From Mizuhopecten yessoensis (lineage: Eukaryota), in contig NW_018408770.1 of the NCBI RefSeq assembly GCF_002113885.1, positions 776,458 through 840,457 of the forward strand: a stretch of DNA of 64,000 bases, in the 5' to 3' direction. This document shows positions 14,766 through 28,243 of this stretch, one piece after another. A model generated the notes under the pieces. The model worked only from the letters and a program-made list of their open reading frames with translations, was not told where the DNA came from and did no database searches. Both the position numbers and the translations under genes were made by a program. Within the stretch, counting starts at the first letter, position 1. Each line of letters starts with the position of its first letter.

Positions 14766-17700
14766 ACAGCTTTGAACTTTGGTGATCCAAAAAGGTGAAA
14801 TAATCACTCATTTTTGACGACCCTATATAGTGACCAAAGTGAGAAAAACCATGACCTCTGATGAACCTTGAACTCAATTAGTAATCACCTTTGATGACGC
14901 AACATACTATGGCTAGGTAGTGAACGTTGGTCTTTGATGACCTTTTATATAGCTAGCTAACTTTGACCTTTGGTGGCCCTTTAAAGCTACCCAACAAGGT
15001 GAAACAAACATTTGACCTTTGATGACCTTTTGTAGCTAGCGACTAATTTTAGATGTAGCTAGCAAACATTAATCAATGGGAAATTAGCCAACATGATAAA
15101 AAAAATAACCTTTTATGAACCTATAGCTAGAGACCAATATATTTCTAGCAAACATTAACTTTTGAGAACTTGGCCAACATGGTAAGACAAACACTGACCT
15201 TTGATGACCCTGTACAGCTTTCAAACCTTGACCTTTATTGACCCCATGCAGCCAACAAGGTAAGGTGTAAGCCTAGCTTTCTATGTGACACTACACCTGC
15301 AGCTGACCTAACATGACATGTACCTCCAGGGAAATAACCTAATATGTGAACGTGAATTTCCTTTTGACAAACTTGCAGCTGACCTAACACCATGATCTCT
15401 CGGGACAGAATTTGAACCTGATCTGAGATACAATGTACTGACCAGTACCAGCACAATGGTCAAGTATGGACTCTGGACATCTGTTATTTCTTCTACTTCA
15501 CATCACTATAAAATGGCTTGTGGAACTTCAACCAATGCTCTATCAACTTGTTAAGTGATACAAATCAAATCAATAATTTCACAGGATTCCCGGTTAGGTT
15601 AGCCATCTGACCTTGTGAAGGTTATTGTCACTGGTTATTTAGAATAATCATCGAACAGTATGCAGTTTCCAGTTCTCTGAATGGTAATGTGCACGAGAGT
15701 TAAATCTAAGCAAAGTGACTTGTGTCCATAATTTACAAGGAGCTTTAACACTTCTTGGTAAATATGTATGCACACAAGTCATTTACTGAACTACAGAAAT
15801 GTTGTTCAATCCTGCAAGTCCGGGACTGTCACAGAATGAACAGAACAAACCTTAGAAAATAGGATATTCAGGTCATAAATAAAATCTCGTGAAATAATCA
15901 CATAGTCTATAGAAATTTCTTCAAAAGAACATCATCTTTTTACCAATGATCTTTTAACATTGCTATGATGACACAATATTCATGTTAAATTTCCTAGATT
16001 ATATTTATGATGTACTTGTCACCATTAACCAACAACTAATTGTCTGCTAATACTTTAGATTTGTTAATATTAAGGAAATAATCATACATTTTCTATTTTC
16101 AAAGGTTTGGAAATGCTATAGTTTTTAAGACATAGAAGCATCAAAGGAAATCTTTTTCACCTGAAGGGGTTTCTTTCAGCAACAGTTGTATTTGAAACTG
16201 ACCTTGAACCACTGGTTTGTGTGTTATGTTTAGCCCTGGGTTTATCTCCTGTAAGGGTCACAGCTAATTACACACCATGCCCTATCTCACAAAAAAATCA
16301 AAAGCAGACCTTAACATAACAAGCTCTGTATCCAGTGCATGTGAACCATGTCATCCAGGTCAAAAGATAGGGTTAAAGGTCAACTAACCAAAGACCTAAA
16401 GAATAGTACTGTAACAACTTTTTTCTGATTATTTATATTACGAGGTACGTAGCTGTTAGAACAAAATAACGTATGAATGTTTATGTTGTTGTTATACATA
16501 GAAGCTGCTTTCTATTGTATTACATCACGCAGACATATAAAGCTCAGGAGTGCTGTTAACATTCATGAATCATAGACGAGAAAAAAAACAGGCTCAAAGT
16601 GCATTGTGCAGGAAGCCTTCTTTCTCCTATATAGTCTAATAGACATTGTAATAATTTGAATGAAATCAAAATGACAAGTTTGTTTATGCAGTATGTATAG
16701 GACTATTGAGAAATATTTTGCTCAGAATTTAAATAAAAATGCAATGCATCACTTCAACATATAGTTAATTTATTCATTTCTACCAAGTTCGCCAGATATA
16801 AAGCCTGGGCATACCAATTGTGGGGCTCTGTACCTTTTTATGAATGTTTATTGCAGTAGGGGAACATAAACATCTGAGCCAGTAGAACATATACAGAGAA
16901 GGGTGAGCAAGGTTAATGGGGTGTGACGGATGCCCAACATGGTACAGCTGCTGTTCTACACTACCGTAAATATTCCAATACTTCGATAGCTCTTTTAACA
17001 TCTTCTATTAAATGCAATATGGATGCGAGTTTTCATTGCTGCACTTTGATTAACATATTGAATTCTCAAAAAAATAAATTCATAAAACTTGTCTTGATCC
17101 ATATGAATTTGGAATTAGTCTATCAAAATTAAATCATATATTCCGAAATTTTAATCAGTTGCAAATTATACATTGGTCTGTATTTATGAACACAACACCA
17201 TATGTTTACTGCACTTATAAGCAATGGAAATCAAAGGATACATATCCCAGCAGCTGCTGGAACCCATTCTACATACATGTATGTAATAACCAGATGAGAA
17301 ACACTGGTATAAAGCTATCAGCCCCGCATACATATGTGGGTGTTTGTTTGAATAAATATGAAGCTGTTTTATCTGTGTTATGTTTGAAACTGTTAAGTAC
17401 CTTATGATAGCCGGTAAAAGTCTATGACTGACCTCAGTACTTATATTTATATGGGGTACTGAAATAACATGTACTACCAGTATCAGGAAAATGAAATAAA
17501 TGAATTCCTCACTCAATAATAGTTTCATATATTTTTACATGTATATATATGCTACAAGTATCCTATTGATAATTTAATAACATCTATTTTTATAAATTTG
17601 ACTGAACTAAAATTAAAGCTTAATTATATAACATTTTATTCTGGTCTTCAGCTCTGTCTCATCCTATATAGTTCCCATTACAAAGTATAAGGCAGATATT

Positions 17701-19183
17701 TATGTGCATGATAGAATTGATTTTCTACTAGATTGGAAAACTAATTGTGTTTTATTGAATGATGGTTTTGTTAACAGTGGTTAACTGAAATGTGATTAGT
17801 TCCCGATATTTTCGATTTTTTTTAAATATATCCCCTTGATCACCTATCACTTTGTGGCACAGGTTTCTGAAATTACCTTCTATCAATGTAACCCTGATAT
17901 TTTCTTTGATCTTATCTTTCAGCTATGCTCTTTCTATTTCCTAGCTACGGATGCTTGGATGGTAAGATATTGGGATGACCTCTTCTTCACATCAAGCAAA
18001 GCCTAATAATCAGAGTATTGTTGGCCTCAAGAACATTTCTTGGATAGTTTTGGGGTTTGTACACAGAATTGTAATTTAAATAAAGGTGTAGAAGTCCCAT
18101 GAAATAGACCAACATAGGCCAAGAAATACATGGATTTATCAATGTTTTTCTTCACATACAGTGCATTTTTTGTGAGCACGCATGGGTGCAATTCTGTACC
18201 CATATCCCCAAACTCTGACGCGGCCATCGACTCTTTTTGATTGCTGGACATGTACATGAGTGTGAAGTCCAGAGCTGGAATGTCACCAGACCAAAGTCCA
18301 TTTGACAACCAGTCTACCGTTCCTTGTACAGTATATACATGAGTAAAACCTAGTCTCCAATAATCATGACCATTCCCTAACTTTCTGATGTGTGGTTGTT
18401 ATCACTGGTTCCATTAATCGCCTGGTTCCAATAATCTCCTAACCCCTAATTTCGTTTCGTCATGTTTTCTACTAATCAACTAGGCTTTTATAAGAACCAT
18501 GAAAGTATTTCAATATCCCCTGGGCTTTTATTAGAACCATTACATTATTTCAATATCCCTACTTTTTTGGCCCTTTTATTGTTTTTTTCCTGATTACTTA
18601 AAATGCATATTCACTTCACTTTTGGGATTGTGACATTAAATTTCATAACAGTACGTAGTGAATATTTCAATTAGAATAACAATGTTCATGATGAAAACAA
18701 GGAAAGATATTGTTTATAGTACCAGCACAGGATTAGCCCGACCTGTCTCCATCATCTGAATCTGGATTAGCCTGCAGGCCTGCCTACAGCTCAATTTACA
18801 AGTCACCAGGCTCAATTCTGTCAACAGCCCTACAGAAACTAGCGTTGCTATGGTTGCACACCAAATTTATTAGTTTGTTCATTTCACAAAAGCATATGTT
18901 GAAGGCTTTGTTTTTAAATATGGGTTTTCATGAAGGCAATAACATTTGTCTATTTTTACACATATTTTACCCTACAAAATCTCAATTTTTACATATCTTT
19001 TAGAAATTTATTCTTACAGCTGTCTATTTAGAAATAATAAAACCAAAGGAAAAACTAGTTTACATAAAGTTTTAATAAAGTATTTGAATACAGGATTTCA
19101 TTACTTCAATGCCCTTCTTCCACAAGACATTAAACCTGGGGCTCTCAATGTGTATTGTAGTGTAGTGTTTAGTAGCAAATTAT

Positions 19184-20426
19184 AACAAGAGGCCCAGATA
19201 TCCACCTGGATATCTAAGAAATCATGGCAAAACATTCTCCAAATGAGATCCAAGGAAATATGCCAAACCCCAAGGCCAATCCTTGTAGCATATCTCTATT
19301 ACACTTTTCCTGCCCAGTAATCTTATGTATGGTTATGGGGTGTGGATCTCAACCATTTTAAAGTTATGACCCAGGGGTTAAATCTCCAACGATGGGGCAG
19401 TCCCCCAAGGCCATCCTGGAAGGTAATGTGCATATCTCAACTGTCTCCAAGCTGTGACTAAGAAACTAGGTCCCTAGGGTTGTGGCCAGACCCAAGGATC
19501 AATTCTAATGTCATGACTGCATTTGTCTCTTTATGCCCATGAATTGTATATATAGTTTTGGGTGGGGATCTCAACCATTTTAAAGTTATGACCCAGGGGT
19601 TAAATCTCCAACGATGGGGCAGTCCCCCAAGGCCATCCTGGAAGGTAATGTGCATATCTCAACTGTCTCCAAGCTGTGACTAAGAAACTAGGTCCCTAGG
19701 GGTTCGGTCAGACCCCAGGGTATATTCTAATATAATGACTGCATTCGTCTCTTTATGCCCAGCATTTGTATATATATTTTTGGGGTGGGGATCTCAACTG
19801 TTTTAAAGTTATGGCCTAGGGACTATGTCTCCAAGGGTGGGGCCAGACCCTAGGGCCATCTTGGAAGCAAATGTGCATTCTTCTCTTTATACTCAGTAAT
19901 TGTACATATGGTTTTATGGTGGGGAAATCAACCATTTCCAAGCAATAAACTTTTTTGGCCCCACCCCTTAGCCCGGGGGGTCAGCCCCACCATTTGTACA
20001 ATTTTGAATCCCTGCCTCCAATGAATGCTTCTGACCAAATATGATTGATATCCATGGCATAGTTCTACAGAAGAAGTCGTTTATAGCAATATAGCCAAAC
20101 AACCCTTTTTGACCCTGCCTCTCAGCCACCTGGGGGGTCAGCCACACCATTTGTACAATTTTGAATCCCTGCCTCCCATGAATGCTTTTGATTAAATATA
20201 ATTGATATCCAGTGCATAGTTCTACAGAAGTTGTTTGTAGCAATATAGCCAATTTGTCCCCTTTTGGCCCTTCCCCTCAGCCCCCTGGGGGGACAGCCCA
20301 ACCATTTGTACAATTTTGAATCTGCACCACCTCAAATTTAGTTAAATTCCAATCAGTGGTAAAGAAAAAGAAGTCGTTTAAAGAAATTGTAGACGGACAG
20401 ACGCCACGGTATGGCATAAGCTTTTT
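19184..20426 (-). mobile_element. Helentron-associated (HINE-like) non-autonomous element with internal tandem repeats
   Basis: Begins AACAAGAGGCCC (reverse complement of the family 3' end GGGCCTCTTGTT) and ends GACGGACAGACGCCACGGTATGGCATAAGC (reverse complement of the 5' GCTTATGCC...CGTC microsatellite region). Internal ~222-bp (x3) and ~156-bp (x3) repeats. Confidence 0.75.
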
Positions 20427-21504
20427 GACAACAAATGAAAAAGCCTTTAAAGCAAACAAGCCTGGCTTGAAAAATAAGACAATTTCAAAAATGTGCTACA
20501 TATTTCTATCAATATATTGAGAATATTCCATATTCAAACATAAGGCAGGTATAGAATTGGTTTAGATGCATACATTGAAAACATTTAAAGAGATACCACC
20601 TGAGTTTGGTCTTAAAATATGAAACTTAGCATCGAAAACAAGCCATGAATCCTTACTAAGCACTACTAGATTTACTCCTATAACATACATGTGTAGGAGG
20701 CCAGTGGTTAGCTCAATAGCAATTTGTTTTATTGGATATAATAATGTGGTGCCTGTCAAAAGTATCCTGCAAAGTAAACCTCTATCATTGTTGGAGTAAA
20801 CTAGTGTAAGCCATGATCTCGAAAAAATAATTTCTACTATTAACAATACCCAAACTTTCCTATTTTCTGTGACAATACTATTTTGATGACTTCCACTTCC
20901 TGGAACATGCACTGGCACAAAAAAAGGTGATATTGTGTTCTATTGCGGTAAAACATGCAAGTATTTTCTGTAACCATGTTCTTTGTGAAATTTTTTCAAA
21001 TTCATTTTTAACATGTGTGACTGCACTCTAAACTAAGATTGGCCTAGTGGTTGGACAAGTCACACAAGTCATGTACAGTTTTGCACTGGTACTATTCGTC
21101 CCTTAGTTTACAAGATATGCAACTAATGCAAGCACAGCCGTATGATAAGCACCAAGTGAACAACTGGCAACATGTGGAAAACAAGGCAACTTCATGATCA
21201 TAGAAACACTTTCCCTTTACGATTTTAATCACAACAATACCTACTGGATGACTGTTGGTGAGGTTTTAGAGCCAGATATATGCAGTAGCCATTGTGGCAT
21301 GTTTAGAAACATATAATGTAGAAATTAGTATAGAATTTTGTTTCTCTAAGTCTAAGGTTGCATTACGATAACAGTACTGCATTTGAAATTCTTATTTGCA
21401 TAAATACTTAAATAAACTAAATAGCCTACTGTGTCACATAATACCTATGCATATTTTAAGTTTCACCAATCTCAGCCCTGCTGCACCTTGACCGTAGATA
21501 TTAA

Positions 21505-21587
21505 CTCATTCACCCCTGAAGACACATTTGAACTCTTCCAATTCAAAGGTTGGAATAGTCCATCATGAAATTTCAGGGGTGACTGAG
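21505..21587 (+). mobile_element. 83-bp palindromic MITE (TTAA-type), copy 3
   Basis: TTAA on both sides (21501-21504, 21588-21591); TIR CTCATTCACCCCTGAA / TTCAGGGGTGACTGAG. Confidence 0.85.
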
Positions 21588-22564
21588 TTAAAAACTTCTT
21601 TATTGGTGTTAAGGTAGAAACAAGACATTAAATGTATAATTATGAATTATGATCAGTATCTTTCTGATGATTTAAATTCTCAAGATTAGCTTTAGCTTGT
21701 AAGCTGTTCTTGCATCAATCGTCACACTCTGGATATTATCCATTAACAAATCTGACCGAAGTGTAACTTAGTCCCATCATAATGTGATATGATACAACCC
21801 TAGGCCACACGTGCACCGAGGGCGGTAACAGGAAGTGGGTCCTCGTAGGAGATGACACCTTCCAGGATGGTATGTCAAGTAACCACTCATGACCACCGAG
21901 GACTGAATGCAATGTCGACTTCCTGAGCAGAATTGCATTACAGAGGCATTTTATAGTACATAGAAGCAGGCTACTTATCGACCACACTTGTGTATCACTA
22001 ATTAACGTTTCTAAGGTTATCAAGGGCCTAACAACTGGTTGTCAAGGATTTACTAGCATATCTTTGCAACTGAGAAACCATTCATTAAATTTTATAAATT
22101 AATAATCAATATTGTATGATTTAGGAATGAAGCAATAGGTCAAAACTAAGGTAAATATATGTGTATCATCATGATCATGACCTTGGTAATCAAATGTAAA
22201 AATGAAAACTCCTAAAAATTGTATTTGTTATTGTTCTACCAGACTAGAAGCAATATTTGATTTTTGATTGCTCTGTATAACTTAAAGAAATTCATTATCA
22301 TGCCTGAGTACAGTGCAAATATTGCAACAAATCTAAGCAGCAATATCAACAAAGACTAGCTGCAATTCTTAAATTTAAAATGGACATTAAGATTTTAAAT
22401 TTTAGCTACAAAATGGGTCTTATGACCAATGCCCCTCCTTATCTCTGCTTTTGGATAGATTTTATCAACAGGTTATACATGTATGTACACTGATGCTTGT
22501 CTGGAACTGCCTGCAAGTTTAAAACAAAACAATGATTAAACACTGATAAAAGAATAGAGCCTAC

Positions 22565-22728
22565 CTGAGTACAGGGTTTACGAAGGTTGACGCACAATCC
22601 ATCAGGGTCTGTACTATAGTGATCTGTAAGATCTGATAACGTTCTAAATGTAACTCGTCTCGCAATGAAGAAGCCACCCTCATCCAATTGTCTTATTCTA
22701 TAGTGCTTGACAGTGTCTCCATCACGTA
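22565..22728 (-). CDS. Src42A: Src42A/FRK-like tyrosine kinase, coding exon 3 (SH2 C-terminal half)
   Basis: VRDGDTVKHYRIRQLDEGGFFIARRVTFRTLSDLTDHYSTDPDGLCVNLRKPCTQ; acceptor TTTCAG, donor GTAGGC; 164 nt, phase consistent with exons 2 and 4. Confidence 0.97.
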
Positions 22729-23099
22729 CTGAAAGAAAATATACATCTAGTTAAAAACATCAATTAAAAAGTTACACGTGCACATAAAATGTAGGGTAGG
22801 GCATGTTGAAATGTCTCAACGAAAATGTACAGCACATATTACTCCAATTGATAACTATTACTTCTAGATAGAAACTACAGGTCAATGTTTTCTTACTAAT
22901 ATAGTTGTGATTCTTACCCTCATATTGGATGCTTATATTAAACTTCCCAAGAAAAACAATGCATCCTGTTTATCTAATGATTTCCCAAATTAACATCATC
23001 CTGCATGTCAAGCCAAACACTTTCAGGACAACAAACAAAAAAAGGTAATCAGACTACACCATAAATACTTAAAATCGAAGTGTGGTGCATGTCAAGGGA

Positions 23100-23175
23100 C
23101 ACAGGTGCTGGACGCACTATTAGTAATATGATGTGTAAATACTATATATTACTATCAGTGTGTCCAGCACCTGTG
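23100..23175. repeat. 76-bp inverted repeat / hairpin in kinase intron 2
   Basis: 30-nt arms CACAGGTGCTGGACGCACTATTAGTAATAT and ATATTACTATCAGTGTGTCCAGCACCTGTG (27/30 complementary), 16-nt loop. Confidence 0.85.
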
Positions 23176-23253
23176 GCAATGGACATCAGAACATCTAGAT
23201 ATTCAAGGTTTAACTTAAGTAAAACCATATCAAAGAGTAAGTGATAAACCTAC

Positions 23254-23375
23254 CTGATAAGGAATAATCATTTCTTCGACTTTCACTGTCTCTTATCAAG
23301 AAAGCACCATGTTCATTTTCTATTGAAAGTAATTTTTTCTCTGCTTCAACACGTTTAATCTTTCCGAAATACCAT
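23254..23375 (-). CDS. Src42A: Src42A/FRK-like tyrosine kinase, coding exon 2 (SH2 N-terminal half)
   Basis: (P)[40 protein letters not shown] with the FLIRDS phosphotyrosine-binding motif; acceptor CTTTCAG, donor GTAGGT; 122 nt. This reading frame is not in the supplied ORF track. Confidence 0.96.
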
Positions 23376-23976
23376 CTGAAAGAGAAAGGGATGCAAAATG
23401 TGTGTTAAAAATGACAAAGAAGGAAAGACATGCTTTCAAATTGGTACATAAAACTACAATATCCCTGTACTTCTTGATCAACACAAATACCTGCAAATAC
23501 ATTTGAAATTGATTTCGTTGCATATTAAAGCATCAGTCAATTTCTTTGATTTTCATTATATTTCGATGGTATTTTAACTATTTTTGTGAAATATCATTTT
23601 CAAAGACTTACCAGTTTCGTTAACAAATTGCAAAAACAGTGTATTTTTGCCTTTAGTATATATCTCTAACCATTTTAGTATTGAAAAATGGCATCTAGTG
23701 ACTTGGCAAAATGTTGCAATACAATTATTTTAGGTTTAAGTCAATACACAGCCCTATTATATATCTTTCATATACAATCCTGTACAGAAAGTTGGTATCA
23801 TTGACATCAATTGTTTACAGCACACATATAAAATACAATGAAACAAAAATGCCTTGGAGTGATTTGCTGTTAAATACTATACACTAAGTTTCGTCTTACA
23901 TTGTGTATTCCATCGATGTGTAATTGCAATGTGTACAACATATTTCAAGATAATATGGATGCATTTTTTTACTTAC

Positions 23977-24380
23977 GGTTCCGATTCCAAACTCTTCAAC
24001 TTAGCCACATAATTAGAAGGTATATATCCCTCGTTTTGTGTTGTTTTCGACCGAGCATACCACCAGTCACCTTGTGTATCGTTTATAATTTCTAAATGTT
24101 CCCCTTTCCGGAAGCTGAGGTCCTCCGCAGTCCTAGCATCGTAGTCATACAATGCTACGAACACTTTGGTAGTTGTCGGAGTGGTCTCACTCGTAGGCTC
24201 CGGCTGTGGGGTGGAAGATATGGACACTATGGGGCTTGTTGAGGGGGGCGGGGTGGACAATGCCACGGGAATGGGGACAGTGGGTGTCCCATTTGACAGT
24301 TCCTGTGCAGCCTTGTGTTGGGGAGTCGTCTGAGTACCAGGGACATTGCTTGTGTTGTCTCTCCGTAAACAATTCCCCAT
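23977..24380 (-). CDS. Src42A: Src42A/FRK-like tyrosine kinase, first coding exon (SH4, unique region, SH3)
   Basis: ATG at 24380; MGNC N-terminus (Gly2 myristoylation, Cys4 candidate palmitoylation), Pro/Ser/Thr-rich unique region, SH3 [35 protein letters not shown]...EGYIPSNYV; donor GTAAGT at 23976-23971, phase 2. The assembled SH3-SH2-linker sequence closely matches Drosophila Src42A / vertebrate FRK as I recall them. Confidence 0.97.
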
Positions 24381-24729
24381 CACGCCAGTTTTTAATCTTA
24401 ATCCACAGAATGAAACAGGATCTACCCACCTAAATCTCTGGTTTGGCTACATCACTCCCTTATACCTATTTTAACAGGAATATCGTTAATCCAGATCGGT
24501 TTTCTTCTCATCATCTTGAGTGATTACCAGACATGATGAAAACCGTACAACACCCAAGACAGTACTACGCATTGAAAAGTAGTTCTATTTATATTGATAA
24601 ATAACATCCATTTCTTAACCTGAACATCATTATGTGATTATTCATTTCCACTCAGTTACAAGTGTTTAACTAGCTAATACTAGATCACGTACATTGTGAT
24701 AACATAAATATTTCCATTACAATTTATTC

Positions 24730-24930
24730 ATACGCAAAAAAGACCGAAGTACCAGGCAGGTGCCCGTTTCGATCGCTAATAATACATCGACGTTGGTTGG
24801 TCAAAAAATAGTTTCCGGTGCCGGATACCCGTTTCATGAGCCAATAAAAACGTGTTTAACAACAAATGTGAAGAGTGGCAAGTTAACCCGTTTATTAATT
24901 GCTGTAGGGCAAAACGATGCCATAGGTTAT
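24730..24930 (-). promoter_or_regulatory. Candidate kinase promoter region
   Basis: Local CpG enrichment in CpG-poor DNA 350-550 bp upstream of the ATG, with an ETS-like TTCCGG at ~24813. TSS not determinable from sequence. Confidence 0.3.
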
Positions 24931-25774
24931 ATTTTAGCAGAATTTCAAACGCTTTCAAATTGAACTTCATAAAAAAAAAAAAAAAACGATTAGGTATACG
25001 GATTTTCCTGCACTTTCGGAACTTATGATATTTCTGTTTTAAAACACATTTAAAAAATAACAAAATTTGACATGTTATAAAATAAAGTTCATTATAATTG
25101 ATTAAAAAACTTAATTTGTTCAGAGACATACATTTTCTTTTCATTCTGCTGTATTATGTAAATGTGTACGTTTCAGGATGAATATAGAGTCGGACCGAAT
25201 ATCGATCTCTTTAAACACGGAATTAGATTATTCAGAGACTAATACGTATACGTCTCAGTGTTATTCTTATAAATAGTCTTCTTGCATATGAACTATTCGG
25301 TAACTTTTTTCAGCGAATAGGAATTAATTTCTATTTGTATTTAAGTAAATACTTTCGATATACATTATAAGATATGTTTTCTTCCTTACTTGTTTACTTG
25401 TATGTCACAAATGAAACTAGACTGACAAACTGTGAGCAGGCTCACAGATATACCCCTCTTTCCCCACCCCCAACCTCGCCCGCATCATCTTTTCTGGGTA
25501 CTCTTTGGTATTTTTTAAATAAGTGTTAAAGTACCTATCAAATGTAACAAAATTGGTTGTTATTTTATAAGAGCCTTCTCGTGCTTATGTCTACCACTTT
25601 CTGAATACATGTACTGGTGTCCTAGATAATGATATATTAACATATTATCAAATAACTCTGGTCCAACCGGTCCAACCATTTGGATCGCGATAAAAGAAAG
25701 CGATCATAAAAATACTAAACACTTCGATTGCAAGGGGTGTAATAATAATAATGTCAAGTTTAAAAAAAAATCTA

Positions 25775-25918
25775 ACAAGAGGTTTGGGAGAATTCGCGCT
25801 TCCATTATTACTGGACGGTCAGACAGGATGATTCCTATCCAACCATAATGGACGAACGGACAGGGTGATTCCTATACACCCCCTTCCCCGCGCCTAAACT
25901 TCGTTTTTCGGTGGGTAG
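25775..25918 (-). mobile_element. Degraded short HINE-like element
   Basis: AACAAGAGG start, GGACGGTCAGACAG / GGACGAACGGACAG microsatellite remnant and GGTGATTCCTATACACCCCC terminal motif. Confidence 0.5.
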
Positions 25919-26933
25919 ACCTTGAGGGAAAAGCAGAGCTATCTGTTCTTATTTTTTTTTTATACCAGTGACGTATATATGTAACAGGTTGCTATTTTGT
26001 ATCCATCAAAATTTCGATAGTTATAATTGTTCCATATTTTTGTATTTTTTTTTTGTATTCGACATCTACATTTTTTTGGAACGATTTTTGAAAAAAGGTT
26101 ATTACTAGTAAAAAAAAGAAAATAGAAGTAATATAAAAGGAAAACGACAAGCACGGTATGCCAGGTCTTCGTTCGTCAGGGTTAATGTATATTAGCCACT
26201 AAATGGGGAATTTTTGAATTTAGCTAAACCTTTATTCTATAAATCAATTCTTGGAAAAAGCGGTATGTTATTTTTTTGGTGAACGAAAACGAGTCTTGAA
26301 AATAAAGATACTATTTTTGGAACACAATTGCATTAATGATTGAATTCGATCAACAAATTGGTTTATAAGTCTAATATGAAACATTATGAATATTGTACAA
26401 AAAATCCCCAATGGTCTTTTCCTACCTACATTAATAAGTAAACTGAAATCAGTTCTAATATTGAGAGAAACATTCTGCAAAAAAATATATGTGGAAGTGA
26501 CGAGCTTTTTATCAATGATTTTGTTGTCTGTTACATGGCTTTCAGATAGATACAATCTTGTATAGGTACATCATGCAGGTTAATTCATCGTATCAACATC
26601 CTTGATACTTCAGGGGTTACGCTCACTTTCGCTCTCTTCGCTCCTTGAATACGCCATATCAAATAGCATATATGAACATAACTCTAAAGTTATTGGGATT
26701 AACTGATCTTATGTAGATGTTTTTACTTCACGTCCTCTGTGTCTTCTCTGCAATTTGTCTCTCACTTGCTATTTCTTTCCCTGCCTAACATTTGGTTATT
26801 TTACCAATACTATTCTCAAACTCCATCCGCTTTCAATAAATTGATAATTAAAAAAGCAAATGTAGCGAACATTGGATACCGAAATATTCCTCACAGAGAA
26901 AGAGATGTTGGAGACGACGTCATTTGATTTATA

Positions 26934-28243
26934 TTTTTAGGTCACCTGAGACAAAGTCTCAAGTGACCTATTGCGATCGCCTTTAATCCGGCGTCGTCCG
27001 GCGTCCGTCGTGCGTCTAAAAACAATTTACATTTTCGACTTCTTCTCTGAAACCCCTGAACCAATTTCAATGAAATTTTGCAGAAATCTTCCATGGCCAA
27101 AGGTCAACAAAATAGTGGCCGATTTGGTCCCCAGCCCCCAGTGGCCTGAGGGGCGGGGCCAAAGAGGGTCAAATTGACTAAAATTTCAAAAAACTTCTTC
27201 TCAAGACCCGGATATGGTAGAATCACATTTCCCCCCTGGGGAGGTGGTAAACTTTACTATAGTTTATATAGGGAAATCACATTTTGGACCAACATTTGTT
27301 TAATTTCCATTGGAAGTAATTCAATTTAGGTTAGCATTATCAGTATTAGGTAGCAGTTTGATAGTATGCACATATGAGCCCTGACTGACCCCCAGGGGCT
27401 GATGGGTGGGGCCAAAAAGGGTTGAATTGACTGAAATTTCAAAAATCTTCTTCTCAAGACCCAGATATGGTAGAATCAAATACTCTTCATAGATGGAAGG
27501 GTCTTAAGGTGCTTTACCGAAATTGTGAATTTCTTGACCCTGGGGTCTCACGTTTCCCCCTTGGGAGGGGGTAAACTTTACTATAGTTTATATAGGGAAA
27601 TAACATTTTGGACCAGCATTTGTTTAATTTCCTTTGGAAGTAATTCAATTTGGGTTATCATTATCAGTATTGGATAGCAGTTTGATAGTATGCACATATG
27701 AGCCCTTACTGACCCCCAGGGGCTGATGGGTGGGGCCAAAAAGGGTTGAATTGACTGAAATTTCAAAAATCTTCTTCTCAAAGATCCAGATATGGTAGAA
27801 TCAAACACTCTTCATAGATGGAAGGGTCTTAATGTGTATGACCCTAGGGTCTCACGTTTACCCCATTTGGAAGGAGGGGGTGGGGGGGGGAAGTTTATTA
27901 TGATTTATAATGGCAAATGATACTTTGAATATTACATGTTAATAACTTGATTGGAGTTATAACCCTGAGCTGACAGTTTGATACTTTGAAAATTTTGAGC
28001 CAGCCCTACCCCCAAGGGCTGTAGGGTGGAGTCAGGGTGCTAAAATTTCTTCACTTTCCTTGTTTAGAATCAGAGGTGCTAGTTTCAAATACTTTTTAGT
28101 CTTAAATCTGTATGCTAGATATTGAATAAGGTGGTTTTATTGTTTTTTGTCACTTTGAATAATATTTCTGTTCGTGTTAAAAACAAAATCAACTCTCTGT
28201 ATAAATATATCAGGTGACCGTTAAGGCCCATGAACCTCTTGTT
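26934..28243 (+). mobile_element. Helentron-associated (HINE-like) element with ~325-bp internal repeats
   Basis: 5' TTTTTAGGTCACCTGAG...AAGTGACCTA hairpin, (CGTC)n-like microsatellite, internal repeats (anchors ~27158, 27411, 27736), 3' sub-terminal inverted repeat CAGGTGACC plus hairpin AGGCCCATGAACCT and CTTGTT; T-rich insertion site. Confidence 0.82.

Noticed and set aside
18027-18308. 93-aa minus-strand ORF inside intron 3
   Set aside because: No recognisable motif, non-ATG start, and insertion here would disrupt the conserved SH2-linker junction.
24381-24383. ORF-track start giving MMGNC
   Set aside because: The extra residue is a GTG; the real start is the ATG at 24380, which yields the myristoylatable Met-Gly.
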